From the IMG/VR virus record IMGVR_UViG_3300044858_003017: DNA of 64,000 nt. One strand, 5' to 3'. Made by a program: the position numbers and the translations under genes. The notes beneath the pieces were generated by a model. That model was not told the origin of the DNA. It saw only the letters and a program-made list of their open reading frames with translations, and ran no database searches. Source of the stretch: a virus. Shown here in pieces: positions 8,203 through 22,231 of this stretch. Numbering within the stretch: position 1 is the stretch's first letter; each line of letters starts with the position of its first letter.

Positions 8203-9579
8203 TTAACGAATTGTTTTTCTCATGGTGCCATCTTCATAAATTTCGATAACAATACCAGTTGCTGATTCATTTACTTGCTGACCTAACAAGTTGATTGTTC
8301 TGATTACTTTCTTTAAGTCTCGACGATTATCTATTGCAATAGGTCCATACTCTTTATTTGTGCCATCAATATCAAATTGTTTCAATCGATAATAATTGAG
8401 TACTGGATATACCTCATCGTCTACTAAGTCATACCGTATTTCTTGTGTTGAATTAATTGCAGCCCATTGTTGCCCAATTGATTTCCACGTGTAACCATCT
8501 TCACTTTTTTCTACAACAAAGTGACTCGAATTGTGTTCAGTTGCAGTTGCCCATTCTAGATAATTTGTTTTATCATAAGCGATGCCATCAAAATAAAGCA
8601 ATTCAACTGGCAATGCACCATTCGTCATAATCAAATAAACCAATGTTTGCTCATTGCAATTCCATGGACTAATAGTTTTAACGCGAATTGCACCATTGGT
8701 TGTTGTCTGTGGCCAGGTATGTGTTATGCTTGGACTATTAGAGTTTGGTATATTCACCCAAAGAACGCCCGTCATCGATTGAGTATATGCCCATAGGTAT
8801 GTTGCACCCGGCACTGGTGGAATTGAATATGTTTCTGATGTGCCGGCGATGATTACATTGTTTCCTGATACCGGGCCAGCTGGTCCCAAGCTAGGATTAA
8901 CTGTTATAGTTATTGCAGCACATCCGCTGCTAAATTGTCCTCCACTAAAATTTCTAGCCCAATACGTAGTTGTAGTAGTGGGAGAAACTAATCGAGAATT
9001 ACCTGTTCCAATCAGCGTTACACCACAGCCACCAGTATACCAATGTACAGTACCTTGTGCTCCATTTGCAACCAAGTTAGTAGAATTGCCACTACATAAA
9101 GGATTAACTGATGGAGTAATTGATGTTGGGTTATTTACTGTTGCAACACAATTAGTTGAACGATAACCCATGTTACGATTTTGTCCACACCCACAACTAG
9201 ATGAACAACAGTTACCTAAGTTCAAATAATAAGTACCAGTAGTAGGACATGTCCATGTTAGATATGTACCCAATCCACACCAATCATCGTTCTGTGCTAA
9301 CGCACCAGATGTTGGCTGTGTAGATATTGTAAGATATGGATCTGCAGAATAATATGCAGACGGAGCAAATGAATTACAATAAGTAAATTCATATGTACAT
9401 CCCGCCGTTGCTTGAAAAGAAACATATCCTAAACACGTATGGTAAAAGTATTGCCAAGACGTAGTTAATGAAATACTCCCCATTGGGTTATTACAAAATG
9501 CTTGAGCATGTACTGTTTGTTTGTTAAAACCAAATAACAATATAGTAAATAAAACCAGTTTAAATAAAATTTTTTTCAT
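8203..9579 (-). CDS. secreted Ig-like surface protein with T9SS-type C-terminal sorting region
   Basis: signal peptide, Cys-rich N-domain, SPTTTTTYW Ig-like repeat, LPVELLYF domain, C-terminal INLLGQ...IEIYEDG tail. Confidence 0.8.
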   Translation of the reverse strand: MKKILFKLVLFTILLFGFNKQTVHAQAFCNNPMGSISLTTSWQYFYHTCLGYVSFQATAGCTYEFTYCNSFAPSAYYSADPYLTISTQPTSGALAQNDDWCGLGTYLTWTCPTTGTYYLNLGNCCSSSCGCGQNRNMGYRSTNCVATVNNPTSITPSVNPLCSGNSTNLVANGAQGTVHWYTGGCGVTLIGTGNSRLVSPTTTTTYWARNFSGGQFSSGCAAITITVNPSLGPAGPVSGNNVIIAGTSETYSIPPVPGATYLWAYTQSMTGVLWVNIPNSNSPSITHTWPQTTTNGAIRVKTISPWNCNEQTLVYLIMTNGALPVELLYFDGIAYDKTNYLEWATATEHNSSHFVVEKSEDGYTWKSIGQQWAAINSTQEIRYDLVDDEVYPVLNYYRLKQFDIDGTNKEYGPIAIDNRRDLKKVIRTINLLGQQVNESATGIVIEIYEDGTMRKTIR

Positions 9580-9598
9580 ATCGCTCCATTTATAATAA

Positions 9599-12037
9599 TT
9601 ATCGTATCAATGTAATATGTCCTGTTACAGTATACTTAGCATCCGTTTCTTTATCACCAAACCAAATCTTATAAGTATATACTCCATCTTGACACAATGT
9701 GTTGTTATAAGTACCATCCCATGATGCTGTTGCTGAATATGATTCCCATACAGTATTGCCCCAACGATTGAATATAGTTAAATGAAATTCAGCTGGGTCA
9801 AAGCCTGAGGTAAATACTGGCCTCCAATATTGATTGTATTGATTGCCATCTGGCGTAAATGAATTTGGTACATAATATAAAAGCTGTGGACAACGTGATA
9901 CTGTTACCGTAGTATTTGTTGGTTGCGATACGCATCCATCTACTGTGTGTGTTGCTTGAATTGTATACATTCCAGCATTAGTCCAAGATACCGTAAGTGT
10001 TGGAGATTGCGTAGTGTTACTCAGCAATGTCCATTCTGTTACGCCCGGAGCATTAACTGTAGCTACATATGTTGATATAACTGAATCTCCTTCACAAATT
10101 TGTATGAATTCATCATTTGGTGTGATTGCTAATACTTCTGGTTGTGGGTATACTGTTATTGTTGTAAACGAAGTAAATGCACAACCACTTTGAGTATACG
10201 TATATGATACATTGTTTGTGCCTACTGCCTGAGTTGGATCTAATTGATTGCCCGTAACACCTAATCCAGAAAACGTTCCTCCCACAGGTGTTGCAGTGAG
10301 TGTCGCATCTGCATCGTATACACAAAATGGTCCAACTGCATCAATCACCGGTACAATGTTTAATATGTATACATTCTCACTTACTGGTGCACTAAGACAT
10401 CCCAATTGATTCGCGGCAATTACTTGAACAGCTCCGCTAACTAATCCTGCGTTTAACGCACTCCAATCAACTGTAATGGCATTTGTACCTTGTCCTGATA
10501 CTATGTTACCTAATGATGTCCACGTGTATGTATATCCAGGTTGCGTTGGTACTGAATATGCTGCTGCCGTTTCTCCTAAACAAACAGTATCTAATGAAGC
10601 AATTGGTCCAGTAACAACGACGGGTGGATCTACTAAGGTAACCGTATTAGATGCAACGCAACCATTTGCATCTGTTACTACTACAGCGTAAGTGCCTTGA
10701 CATAATGACACTGCAGTTTGCGTTGTTTGCTGATCGTTCCACGCAAATGTATAAGGAGCTATGCCATCGATTGGATTAGCAGTAGCCGTTCCGTTACAAT
10801 CACCAGCACATACTGGATTAGTAAATGTCATAGTTGGATCTTGCAATGGAGCTGGATCAATCAATGTAGCCGGAGTAGTTACAGTACATCCATTAACATC
10901 TGATATCAATACGGAATAGTTACCAGCACATAGTTGTGTTATGTTAGGTGTTGATTGTCCCGTTGTCCAAGTATATGTATAAGGTGCAGTACCATTAGTT
11001 GGAGTTACCGTGATGCTACCATTACAGTCACCATTACACAATGGATTTGTTACCACAACGTTAGGTGGATTCAATACCGGAGGTCCTGGTACAACTTGCA
11101 CCGTGTCTGGTCCTAATCCTACTCCTGCATTACATGTAGACCAACCTGCATTGCAAGGACCATATTCTAAACGACAAGTATAATATGCTCCGCCGGCGGG
11201 AGGTGTTACTGTTATTTGATTTACGTTCTGAGCAATTGGAACTGGATTGCCTACTTGATACCAAACAAGTGTTGGTTGTATTGGTGCACCTGCAGGAGTC
11301 CATCTACGTGCATCATTGACAGCAGTCCATTGTGATGAATTTCTACCAGCAACAGTTACTGATTGTGTTCCTGCAGCATTGTGTATGCCGTGTACTGAGG
11401 TACCGCCTGCCCATTGTGGACAATTTGGTTTATTAGCAATATACGTTTCAATCACATTGGTTGATTCATAAAGTACAATATGAAATGTTCCTAGTAGGTT
11501 AGTGCATGAATACATTGGCACGCCGATCCAACTTACAACTAGCTTTCGGCACGGAGCAACACCTTGAACTTGATATCGTACTTGTCCTCCAATTCCTGGA
11601 TGCCAATCCTGCCATGGTCCCATAACGCAATTCTTTGGCACTGCAGCATTCATCGTTGGAATTGGAACTGCTGCAAAAGTTGCTGGCTGTACTCCTGCTC
11701 CTAAAGAAACCCAACCATTGGAACCAATTCGGAACTGAGTATATGTTGTTCCATAAAAACAAAAAGTAAATCCAATATTGAATACGTTCGATTGCACATC
11801 ATCTCCCAATGCAACTAATGTGCCCACATTGGTTTGTGCCACATATGGTATTTGCGATACAGTGTATGCGGTTGTAGCATTTGGATTATTACCTGGTCCA
11901 CATTGGGATAGGTCTGCTGTTAATGTTGCAGTATTAACACCGCAAGGAAGAATTTGATCCGGACCCAATGCCGGACAATATTGAGTGTAAGCAATGATGT
12001 TAATCAACATCATGATAATAGCATAAACGTGTTTCAT
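9599..12037 (-). CDS. SprB-repeat adhesin-like protein with T9SS type B (gliding-motility, CHU_C) C-terminal domain
   Basis: signal peptide; repeats C-x-G-D-C-N-G...G-x-A-P-Y-T-[YF]-x-W...D-x-N-G-C; C-terminal YVPNSFTPDGN...IFNRWG...WDG...DGVYTY...GHITLIR. Confidence 0.9.
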   Translation of the reverse strand: MKHVYAIIMMLINIIAYTQYCPALGPDQILPCGVNTATLTADLSQCGPGNNPNATTAYTVSQIPYVAQTNVGTLVALGDDVQSNVFNIGFTFCFYGTTYTQFRIGSNGWVSLGAGVQPATFAAVPIPTMNAAVPKNCVMGPWQDWHPGIGGQVRYQVQGVAPCRKLVVSWIGVPMYSCTNLLGTFHIVLYESTNVIETYIANKPNCPQWAGGTSVHGIHNAAGTQSVTVAGRNSSQWTAVNDARRWTPAGAPIQPTLVWYQVGNPVPIAQNVNQITVTPPAGGAYYTCRLEYGPCNAGWSTCNAGVGLGPDTVQVVPGPPVLNPPNVVVTNPLCNGDCNGSITVTPTNGTAPYTYTWTTGQSTPNITQLCAGNYSVLISDVNGCTVTTPATLIDPAPLQDPTMTFTNPVCAGDCNGTATANPIDGIAPYTFAWNDQQTTQTAVSLCQGTYAVVVTDANGCVASNTVTLVDPPVVVTGPIASLDTVCLGETAAAYSVPTQPGYTYTWTSLGNIVSGQGTNAITVDWSALNAGLVSGAVQVIAANQLGCLSAPVSENVYILNIVPVIDAVGPFCVYDADATLTATPVGGTFSGLGVTGNQLDPTQAVGTNNVSYTYTQSGCAFTSFTTITVYPQPEVLAITPNDEFIQICEGDSVISTYVATVNAPGVTEWTLLSNTTQSPTLTVSWTNAGMYTIQATHTVDGCVSQPTNTTVTVSRCPQLLYYVPNSFTPDGNQYNQYWRPVFTSGFDPAEFHLTIFNRWGNTVWESYSATASWDGTYNNTLCQDGVYTYKIWFGDKETDAKYTVTGHITLIR

Positions 12038-12066
12038 AACTAACCTTTAATATAAATATGTACAGT

Positions 12067-12092
12067 AAAAAACCCTGACGCGATGCCAGGGT
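12067..12092 (-). terminator. intrinsic terminator downstream of tRNA
   Basis: ACCCTGGC-ATCGC-GTCAGGGT followed by a T-run. Confidence 0.75.
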
Positions 12093-12174
12093 AAACTTGA
12101 GCAGGTCCTATGTTCCGTTGCATTCCATCTCGAGAACTGCCTAATACCAGTGGGTTTGTGGTTACTCGTGTTCG

Positions 12175-12246
12175 TAGTCGGTACGGGATTCGAACCCGTG
12201 TGACAAGAATGAAAATCTTGTATCCTAACCCCTAGATGAACCGACC
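12175..12246 (-). tRNA. tRNA-Glu (anticodon TTC), CCA not encoded
   Basis: GGTCGGT/ACCGACT acceptor stem, CAAGA-TT-TTC-AT-TCTTG anticodon arm, GGTTCGAATCC T-arm. Confidence 0.95.
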
Positions 12247-12252
12247 ATAACA

Positions 12253-12423
12253 TTAAAAAGATCCTAGATGCAAATGTTGTTGATATGCCATTTGATCTTC
12301 ATAATAAGATAAATCGCATAACGCCATTAAACACTCATCCTGCGTGCCTGTAGTGACAACTTCACCATATGCATTACGCAATTCAAATTTGTCTCGTGCT
12401 GAATCTATACAAACAATTTCCAT
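12253..12423 (-). CDS. 56-aa hypothetical protein (MEIVCIDSARDKF...), not in ORF track
   Basis: hand translation; promoter at about 12433-12466. Confidence 0.65.
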   Translation of the reverse strand: MEIVCIDSARDKFELRNAYGEVVTTGTQDECLMALCDLSYYEDQMAYQQHLHLGSF

Positions 12424-12471
12424 ATTCTTTTTTTATATAATATGAAATTGCTAGCACGTATCCAACCAAAA

Positions 12472-12789
12472 TCAAATAAATTGTAATAAAAAATAACTCA
12501 ATTTATATCCCACAAATGCTCCTAGGGCAGATGGTATAGGAAATACAATCAATTTACCTAAGTCCGTCACATACTTGGGACGATTCACAATACGGCCCAT
12601 GAATGCATAATACGCTAAATAACCAAACAATACTGCTAAGTCCGTACGGGTTGCAATAAACACTACTAGTATTGCTCCTAAGAATCCGAATGTAAAATTG
12701 TCTCTAGTGCCTTCCCAAATTTCTTGAGTGGTTGCGTTCTTGTATTCAAGATATATTCTTTTATAACGTGTTGGCTTTTTAGTTTTCAT
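12472..12789 (-). CDS. membrane protein (start moved to MKTKKP)
   Basis: about three hydrophobic helices; ATGA overlap with upstream gene. Confidence 0.7.
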   Translation of the reverse strand: MKTKKPTRYKRIYLEYKNATTQEIWEGTRDNFTFGFLGAILVVFIATRTDLAVLFGYLAYYAFMGRIVNRPKYVTDLGKLIVFPIPSALGAFVGYKLSYFLLQFI

Positions 12790-13121
12790 TCTATTGTCTT
12801 TTCTACGTATGTACATGTTTCTCCAGCATCAAATCCTTTTTCCAATAACAATGGCAATGATGCAGGCTTACACCAAGCATAAATTTTGTATCCTTTATAG
12901 CGAGCCTGTGCATAGTCCCAACGAGTCTCCCACAAAGTTCTGTATATTCCTTTGCGGCGATGTTCTTCATGTACCCAAGCATCAAGGAATTTGATTTTGC
13001 TATCATCTTCTCGCTCCATGTAAATGTGTCCTACAATTTCACCGTTAATCATTGCAATCCACGTTTCAAGTCGTTGTGCATTGCTTTTGAGATGTACTAT
13101 TTTAATATCATCTGTTGTCAT
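12786..13121 (-). CDS. GNAT family acetyltransferase
   Basis: WVHEEHRRKGIY acetyl-CoA motif A; C-terminal KGF. Confidence 0.85.
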   Translation of the reverse strand: MTTDDIKIVHLKSNAQRLETWIAMINGEIVGHIYMEREDDSKIKFLDAWVHEEHRRKGIYRTLWETRWDYAQARYKGYKIYAWCKPASLPLLLEKGFDAGETCTYVEKTIE

Positions 13122-13366
13122 ATGTTTCCTGCGTAAACTGTTATTGCACCTAATACATATCCTATACTAGAAGCAAATGCCATTTTGAATCGGTCCGGCC
13201 ATGTTTGAGAATCAACCATGTATCCCACAAATGGTAATCCTAAAAACGGTCCAATGAATGCCCAAAATATCATTGCAATGCTACGATCCGCTACTGTTGC
13301 AATGTACATGGTAGATGCTGTTTCTAAAATGAATGCAGCAAGGCCTATGATAACGTATTTTTTCAT
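13118..13366 (-). CDS. small three-TM membrane protein
   Basis: hydrophobic 82-aa ORF. Confidence 0.7.
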   Translation of the reverse strand: MKKYVIIGLAAFILETASTMYIATVADRSIAMIFWAFIGPFLGLPFVGYMVDSQTWPDRFKMAFASSIGYVLGAITVYAGNI

Positions 13367-13368
13367 AA

Positions 13369-14484
13369 CTAATTTGATAAAGGTGCTTTAATGTGTGGAT
13401 GAGATTGGTAGTCATATAGTTGCAAGTCTTCTTCCAATAAACAACGACAAAAATTAACATTATTAAATGCATTGAATACCGATACGGCATCGATTGGCAT
13501 TATACCACATTCTCCAGATTCTGTTGGCCACCATTCTGTATTGATATTAAGTTTTGGTAATGGCATTGGTTCTCTTGTTAACTGTTCCTTTGCCTGATCT
13601 AAATGGTTCTCATACAAATGCACATCACCTAAGTTGCCAATTAATTCATCGGGAATCATGTTAACAGCTTCGGCAATGATATGAAGTAGTAGTGCATAAC
13701 TTGCAATGTTGAATGGTAAACCTAAGAATGTATCTACTGAACGTTGATTCCACATTAGAGAGATTGATCTGGTTGGAACATTCCATTGATTGATTTCAGA
13801 ATAGGATAAGGTATCCGGCCCACCTCCATTATAGATTTGATTAAACATTTCTTGACTGACTAAGGATCTTCTTTCTTCTAAACTTAATTCTCTTGTATAA
13901 ACTTGAAATCCATAATGACAAGGTGGAAGTACCATATGGTCTAATTCACCTACATTCCAAGCAGTAACCATCAATCTCCTTGAATCTGGATTTGTTTTAA
14001 GGTCGTTGATTAGGTTTTGGATTTGATCAACATATTCTATACGAAACTCAAAATCTAGTTTATCCCATTCATACTTTTTCCAATTTCTCCATTGCTTACC
14101 ATACACGGGACCTAACTCACCCCACTTTTTAGCAAACTCATCATCGGTTTTAATTCTATCAACAAACGTTTTTTCATCCAAATGTGGTTCCCAAGCTTGA
14201 ACCTGGTCTGAATAATTTTTATAAGCATCTCCGGTCCAGATATTACAACCATTATCAACAAGGAACTTGATGTTAGTATCGCCGCGCAGAAACCACATTA
14301 GTTCGGTTGCTATGAGACGGAATGGCATCTTCTTTGTTGTGAGTAAAGGGAAGCCTGCAGACATCTTGTGTCGAATTTGTCTTCCAAATACTGACCGAGT
14401 CTTCCCGTTTCTAGTATCTTTTTCTATGCCATTATGCAAAACATCATGAAGCAGTTTTAAGTAATCGTGTTCTATGTTATTCAT
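13369..14484 (-). CDS. thyA: thymidylate synthase
   Basis: FPLLTTKK, LGPVYGKQWR, LPPCH, QRSVD-FLGLPFNIASY, GDVHLYENH motifs. Confidence 0.97.
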   Translation of the reverse strand: MNNIEHDYLKLLHDVLHNGIEKDTRNGKTRSVFGRQIRHKMSAGFPLLTTKKMPFRLIATELMWFLRGDTNIKFLVDNGCNIWTGDAYKNYSDQVQAWEPHLDEKTFVDRIKTDDEFAKKWGELGPVYGKQWRNWKKYEWDKLDFEFRIEYVDQIQNLINDLKTNPDSRRLMVTAWNVGELDHMVLPPCHYGFQVYTRELSLEERRSLVSQEMFNQIYNGGGPDTLSYSEINQWNVPTRSISLMWNQRSVDTFLGLPFNIASYALLLHIIAEAVNMIPDELIGNLGDVHLYENHLDQAKEQLTREPMPLPKLNINTEWWPTESGECGIMPIDAVSVFNAFNNVNFCRCLLEEDLQLYDYQSHPHIKAPLSN

Positions 14485-14573
14485 TTGTGTTGTTTAAATT
14501 TATAAAACTGATATGCCATCCATACTAATTGTATAGACCATATACTAATCAATGTTATCAATAACCAGTTCAT
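14481..14573 (-). CDS. 30-aa single-TM peptide MNWLLITLISIWSIQLVWMAYQFYKFKQHK
   Basis: hand translation; stop overlaps the thyA start (ATGA). Confidence 0.5.
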   Translation of the reverse strand: MNWLLITLISIWSIQLVWMAYQFYKFKQHK

Positions 14574-14787
14574 CTTCTATAATTTGTGCATCTTGTACGG
14601 TTTCGCAAAACATGAAATGCGTATCAGATCTCAATACGTGATCAGCTCGTACCCATTCCATGTATATTTTAACATAATCCATATTAGGCATTTCTCCTAA
14701 TTTAGCGGCAAAGTATGATATTGGTTTCTTTCGCAGTATGATGTATGCTGCATCGCCATGCTTGTATATTGGTGTCATTGGTGCCAT
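14545..14787 (-). CDS. hypothetical protein
   Basis: 80-aa ORF. Confidence 0.7.
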   Translation of the reverse strand: MAPMTPIYKHGDAAYIILRKKPISYFAAKLGEMPNMDYVKIYMEWVRADHVLRSDTHFMFCETVQDAQIIEDELVIDNID

Positions 14788-15008
14788 TCTTCATATCCTA
14801 ATATAATTGCATCTGATATATTCAATGCAGGATTTTCTTTCATACGCTTCAATGCCCATGTTACAACTTCCGTGTCTATCTTTAAGTCTCGAGCATCTTT
14901 CATGATATGTTCAACCACGTCCAAAGACCGGTGAATATCTTCCACCGGCCTTGGTTTAGGTTTTGTTAATAAAGCAATTGCTTTTTTATATAACTTAGTG
15001 TCTTTCAT
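14775..15008 (-). CDS. hypothetical protein
   Basis: 77-aa ORF. Confidence 0.7.
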   Translation of the reverse strand: MKDTKLYKKAIALLTKPKPRPVEDIHRSLDVVEHIMKDARDLKIDTEVVTWALKRMKENPALNISDAIILGYEEWHQ

Positions 15009-15009
15009 A

Positions 15010-18691
<3,682 letters not shown>

Positions 18692-18746
18692 GCTCTTTAT
18701 TTTTATATATAATATGAAATAAATATTCAGTTTCCAACCATTATGT

Positions 18747-18772
18747 AAAAAAAGGCGACATTTCTGCCGCCT
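18747..18772 (-). terminator. intrinsic terminator between MoxR and VWA genes
   Basis: AGGCGGCA-GAAA-TGTCGCCT followed by a T-run. Confidence 0.8.
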
Positions 18773-18791
18773 CTTTTTGAGCTATGAAAAA

Positions 18792-19946
18792 TTAGAATGA
18801 ATTAGATTCGTCTGAACCATTTCCTGTATTGAAAATATCTTTCATTTCAGTTGCCATATGTTTTTGAATGATTTGTTTAACAAAGGTTCTTTCAGAATCC
18901 GTACCACCCGATGCATCAAAGAATGGAAGAATTGCAACCTCAGAGGCCTCTGACAAAGAAAAGCCATCTGCTAACAATTCACATACACGCACCGTCATAC
19001 GAGTGGATACCATGGTAGTCAATTTACCTTCTTCTGACCTCCATTCTTTACGGGTTGCATCTGCAATATCAGCTACTGAATGAATCAATGCCTTGGATAC
19101 CGTTGGGAATCGTTTAGTCAATAAATCTTCTTCTTGAGACAAAGAAAGAATATCAACCTCAATGATTTCAAAACGATCCATCAATGCGCGGTCTAATACT
19201 CTTGTGGATGTATATTCGGTACCAATGTTTGCCGTTGCAATAAATGATACACCAGATGCAACACGAATGGTAGGAGAATTGATATCTTCATCTAATCGCA
19301 GATACCTTTGACCCTCATCCAATACTGTCATTAAGATGTTCCATGCTTCAGGATGCGCGCGAGACAACTCATCTAGCAATACAACGGCATTCTCTGTTTG
19401 AATTGCCTTGACAAACGCAGATTCATCAAATGATGTCTGACCATCTTTGAAATGCGTATTACCAATAAGCGTTGCGCGAGGATCTTGAGTTGCACCCAAG
19501 TTAAAATAAAAGAAAGGACGATTAGTTGCTACCGGAAGATCTTTTGCGGCTTGCGTCTTACCACAACCTGCAGGACCAACCATCATGATGTTTTTACCAC
19601 GCACTGCTGACCGTACCAAATACTTCCATTTGATGTCAGACATTTCTAAAGTTGCGGGTTTAATTTTATGTGCATTCTGAATAAGATGCATTAATGGATC
19701 GGCTTCTGTTTGTGTTTGTGGCATTTCTGGTTCTAGATTACTTGGTGCAAATTCTAATTCTACGTCTGATATACTTATGCGTTTAGATCGACCTGTTTCT
19801 TCATCAAACACTAATGCTTCATCATTATCATGTGCATGTTTAATCATGATTGATCGAAACAATGAACTAATGTCATTGCCATTCGGATCTACAATAACTT
19901 GTTTGCCATTTACTACGGCCGGTACTCCAATTACTTTCTTTTTCAT
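18792..19946 (-). CDS. MoxR/CbbQ/CobS-like AAA+ ATPase
   Basis: GPAGCGKT Walker A, LLDELSR Walker B, ATAN, DRALMDRF. Confidence 0.92.
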   Translation of the reverse strand: MKKKVIGVPAVVNGKQVIVDPNGNDISSLFRSIMIKHAHDNDEALVFDEETGRSKRISISDVELEFAPSNLEPEMPQTQTEADPLMHLIQNAHKIKPATLEMSDIKWKYLVRSAVRGKNIMMVGPAGCGKTQAAKDLPVATNRPFFYFNLGATQDPRATLIGNTHFKDGQTSFDESAFVKAIQTENAVVLLDELSRAHPEAWNILMTVLDEGQRYLRLDEDINSPTIRVASGVSFIATANIGTEYTSTRVLDRALMDRFEIIEVDILSLSQEEDLLTKRFPTVSKALIHSVADIADATRKEWRSEEGKLTTMVSTRMTVRVCELLADGFSLSEASEVAILPFFDASGGTDSERTFVKQIIQKHMATEMKDIFNTGNGSDESNSF

Positions 19947-20011
19947 AAACTCTTTATTTTTCTATATAATATGAAATAAAGAGTCAATATCCAACCGTTA
20001 TGAATATTTTT

Positions 20012-20374
20012 TTACCATTTTCTGCAAGACCAATATCTTGCTGAGGTTCTGTCTTTGGCAGTATGACAACGATGCCTTGCTCTAAATGAACGCCTACGTG
20101 CGGGATTGCTTTTACGTATTCTCATATTAGGGTCACCGAAGTTGACCTTTACAACGTTGCCTTTGGCATTTCTAACGTAAACTTTGAATTTCTTTACATC
20201 ACCGCGCATTGGTTTGCCTAATTGAACTTTGCGTCCTTGATATTCAGCTTCGTTGATGCCTGGTTCCTTGATGGTTACGTATTCTGGATTATCATCTGCG
20301 GCTTTGATTGTTTCAATTAAACATGAACCGCAATATCCTTCTGCTACTGGTATTTGATTTTCGTAAAGTGTCAT
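20012..20374 (-). CDS. basic protein of a type seen in T4-like phage virion regions
   Basis: KVNFGDPNM...RRSFRARHRC...ARYWSC; family similarity from recall. Confidence 0.7.
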   Translation of the reverse strand: MTLYENQIPVAEGYCGSCLIETIKAADDNPEYVTIKEPGINEAEYQGRKVQLGKPMRGDVKKFKVYVRNAKGNVVKVNFGDPNMRIRKSNPARRRSFRARHRCHTAKDRTSARYWSCRKW

Positions 20375-20398
20375 TTCGTTTCCTTACTTATAAATATG

Positions 20399-22231
20399 TT
20401 ATCGCAACAAAGCATCAATTTTACTTTTCAAGTCATCGCGATGTATGTTACAAATTTCTTTCACTGATGGTAAATCATTAACTATTTGTTGCAATGTCAT
20501 GTAATATGCTACCACTCCCATGGTTGGCGATTCTGGATTATCTAGTGTTGATAATGTTTTCGCAACAGCTGCATCAAATGAAGTTTTAAGTTTACCAGTT
20601 AACTGAGCGTTAATAATTAATGGTGTCAATGTTAATTGCTGCAGATTCAATGGTTTTAATTGTTGTATCAAATCTTGCAAATCAACATCAATATTGACGT
20701 TGTTACTAAGACATTCAATCTTAGTAATAGTTTTTGGCAATCCGTTGAATGATTGTATAGTTCCATCAGTGCTATACATGATAATAAGATCTTGTACGCT
20801 TTGTAATCCCGCAAAACTTGTTATAGTGCCGCCGCGCAACGTTAATGTGCGAATAGCTGTCGGACATCCCGTAAAATCAGATATTTGCGGACTAACTAAA
20901 ATTAATCTATTACATTGTTCCGGAAAATTATCAAAACTAGCCAATTGTTTAAAACGTAATCCACCCACTCGTTTAAATTGTATAGGACAATACGTGGGAT
21001 TATCAGAATCTGGGATATTTGCTGAAAAATCAACATCAGCTGACGGTGCATCAACATACAATTTATCTGCATCTGAAAATTGCAATGTACCAATATTGTT
21101 ATATACTGCATAGTTATCTAATATATAATATACTTCATCCGTCGTTGTAGCTACTTGCTTACGCTTTAACATGTTAGCAACCAATTGTTCGATATTGGCA
21201 GTTCCATATTTTGTAACTTGTCGTTTCGAATCACAATACAACGTATCAACCATTTTGAAACGTCCCGTTTTGCCAGGCTGTGCTTCATTTATAATTTTAT
21301 CGACAGCTTCTAAAAATGTATGCGGTGGACTACCATATACTTTTTCTTCTGGCTCATAAAATACATCGGTTGAATCATCGGTATTGACAAATGGTTTAAT
21401 TGCAACCCGAGCAACAGGCCGTTTTATATTTAAATCATCATTTGCAACTAAATATGCAACCATGGTACCGGCGGACACATCATATTGTATGTAATGTGAA
21501 TTGATACCTGAATATAAATTCATGCAACTAGTCCAACCACGATTGGTACTCATTCCAGCAACATCATATGCATGTTTTGAAAACACAATGTAAAATGTTT
21601 TTGTTTTATTTTCTCGAGCTCGCTTAATTTCTGGAATTTCGTCGTAAAGTTTCACCAATTCATCTATTTTCTTTTTAGCATCTTGTTTTACTTGTGTTAC
21701 AACTTCATCAAATGGACGACTACCGCCACGGCCTACAAGCATTTTATTTCCGTTTGCATCTATTTCAGCATGACGTTCTAGACTGGAAACAAATGCTTTT
21801 ACTTCTGCTTGTGCGATTACAGCCGCAATGAATTTAGACATTTTAGTAGTGCGGCCATATGCATCTTTTGGTTGTCCATATATGATTTGATCTAGGTCTG
21901 GCAGTTCGAACCTATCAAAATTTTCTCGCTGAGAATACAAATTAGCATCTGATATATGTCGTTTTAAAACTGGATAAAAATCTATAAATTGATGAGATAA
22001 ACTGTCTCTATCTGGATCAAATACAACTTCTTTGCTTTCAAACTTTATCGCAACTCTATCGCCTCTACGCGATGACTTTGCATCTGGACGTTGTTTGATT
22101 GCATTTAATACGGCATCCAATTGTTGTTCAATTTCTGGATTTCGTTTGATGTTAACATAGTTACGAGCCATATCTAAAGGCAATGCTTCTTTGATTAGTT
22201 GCGTCTCTAAAAGTCGTTTCAATCTGATCAT
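20399..22231 (-). CDS. hypothetical virion-associated protein with C-terminal LRR-like repeats
   Basis: MIRLKRLLE start; repeats LASFDNFP / ISDFTGCP / ITSFAGL / IQSFNGLP. Confidence 0.7.
   Translation of the reverse strand: MIRLKRLLETQLIKEALPLDMARNYVNIKRNPEIEQQLDAVLNAIKQRPDAKSSRRGDRVAIKFESKEVVFDPDRDSLSHQFIDFYPVLKRHISDANLYSQRENFDRFELPDLDQIIYGQPKDAYGRTTKMSKFIAAVIAQAEVKAFVSSLERHAEIDANGNKMLVGRGGSRPFDEVVTQVKQDAKKKIDELVKLYDEIPEIKRARENKTKTFYIVFSKHAYDVAGMSTNRGWTSCMNLYSGINSHYIQYDVSAGTMVAYLVANDDLNIKRPVARVAIKPFVNTDDSTDVFYEPEEKVYGSPPHTFLEAVDKIINEAQPGKTGRFKMVDTLYCDSKRQVTKYGTANIEQLVANMLKRKQVATTTDEVYYILDNYAVYNNIGTLQFSDADKLYVDAPSADVDFSANIPDSDNPTYCPIQFKRVGGLRFKQLASFDNFPEQCNRLILVSPQISDFTGCPTAIRTLTLRGGTITSFAGLQSVQDLIIMYSTDGTIQSFNGLPKTITKIECLSNNVNIDVDLQDLIQQLKPLNLQQLTLTPLIINAQLTGKLKTSFDAAVAKTLSTLDNPESPTMGVVAYYMTLQQIVNDLPSVKEICNIHRDDLKSKIDALLR

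Noticed and set aside
12047-12253. 68-aa ORF from the track
   Set aside because: Overlaps tRNA-Glu and its terminator
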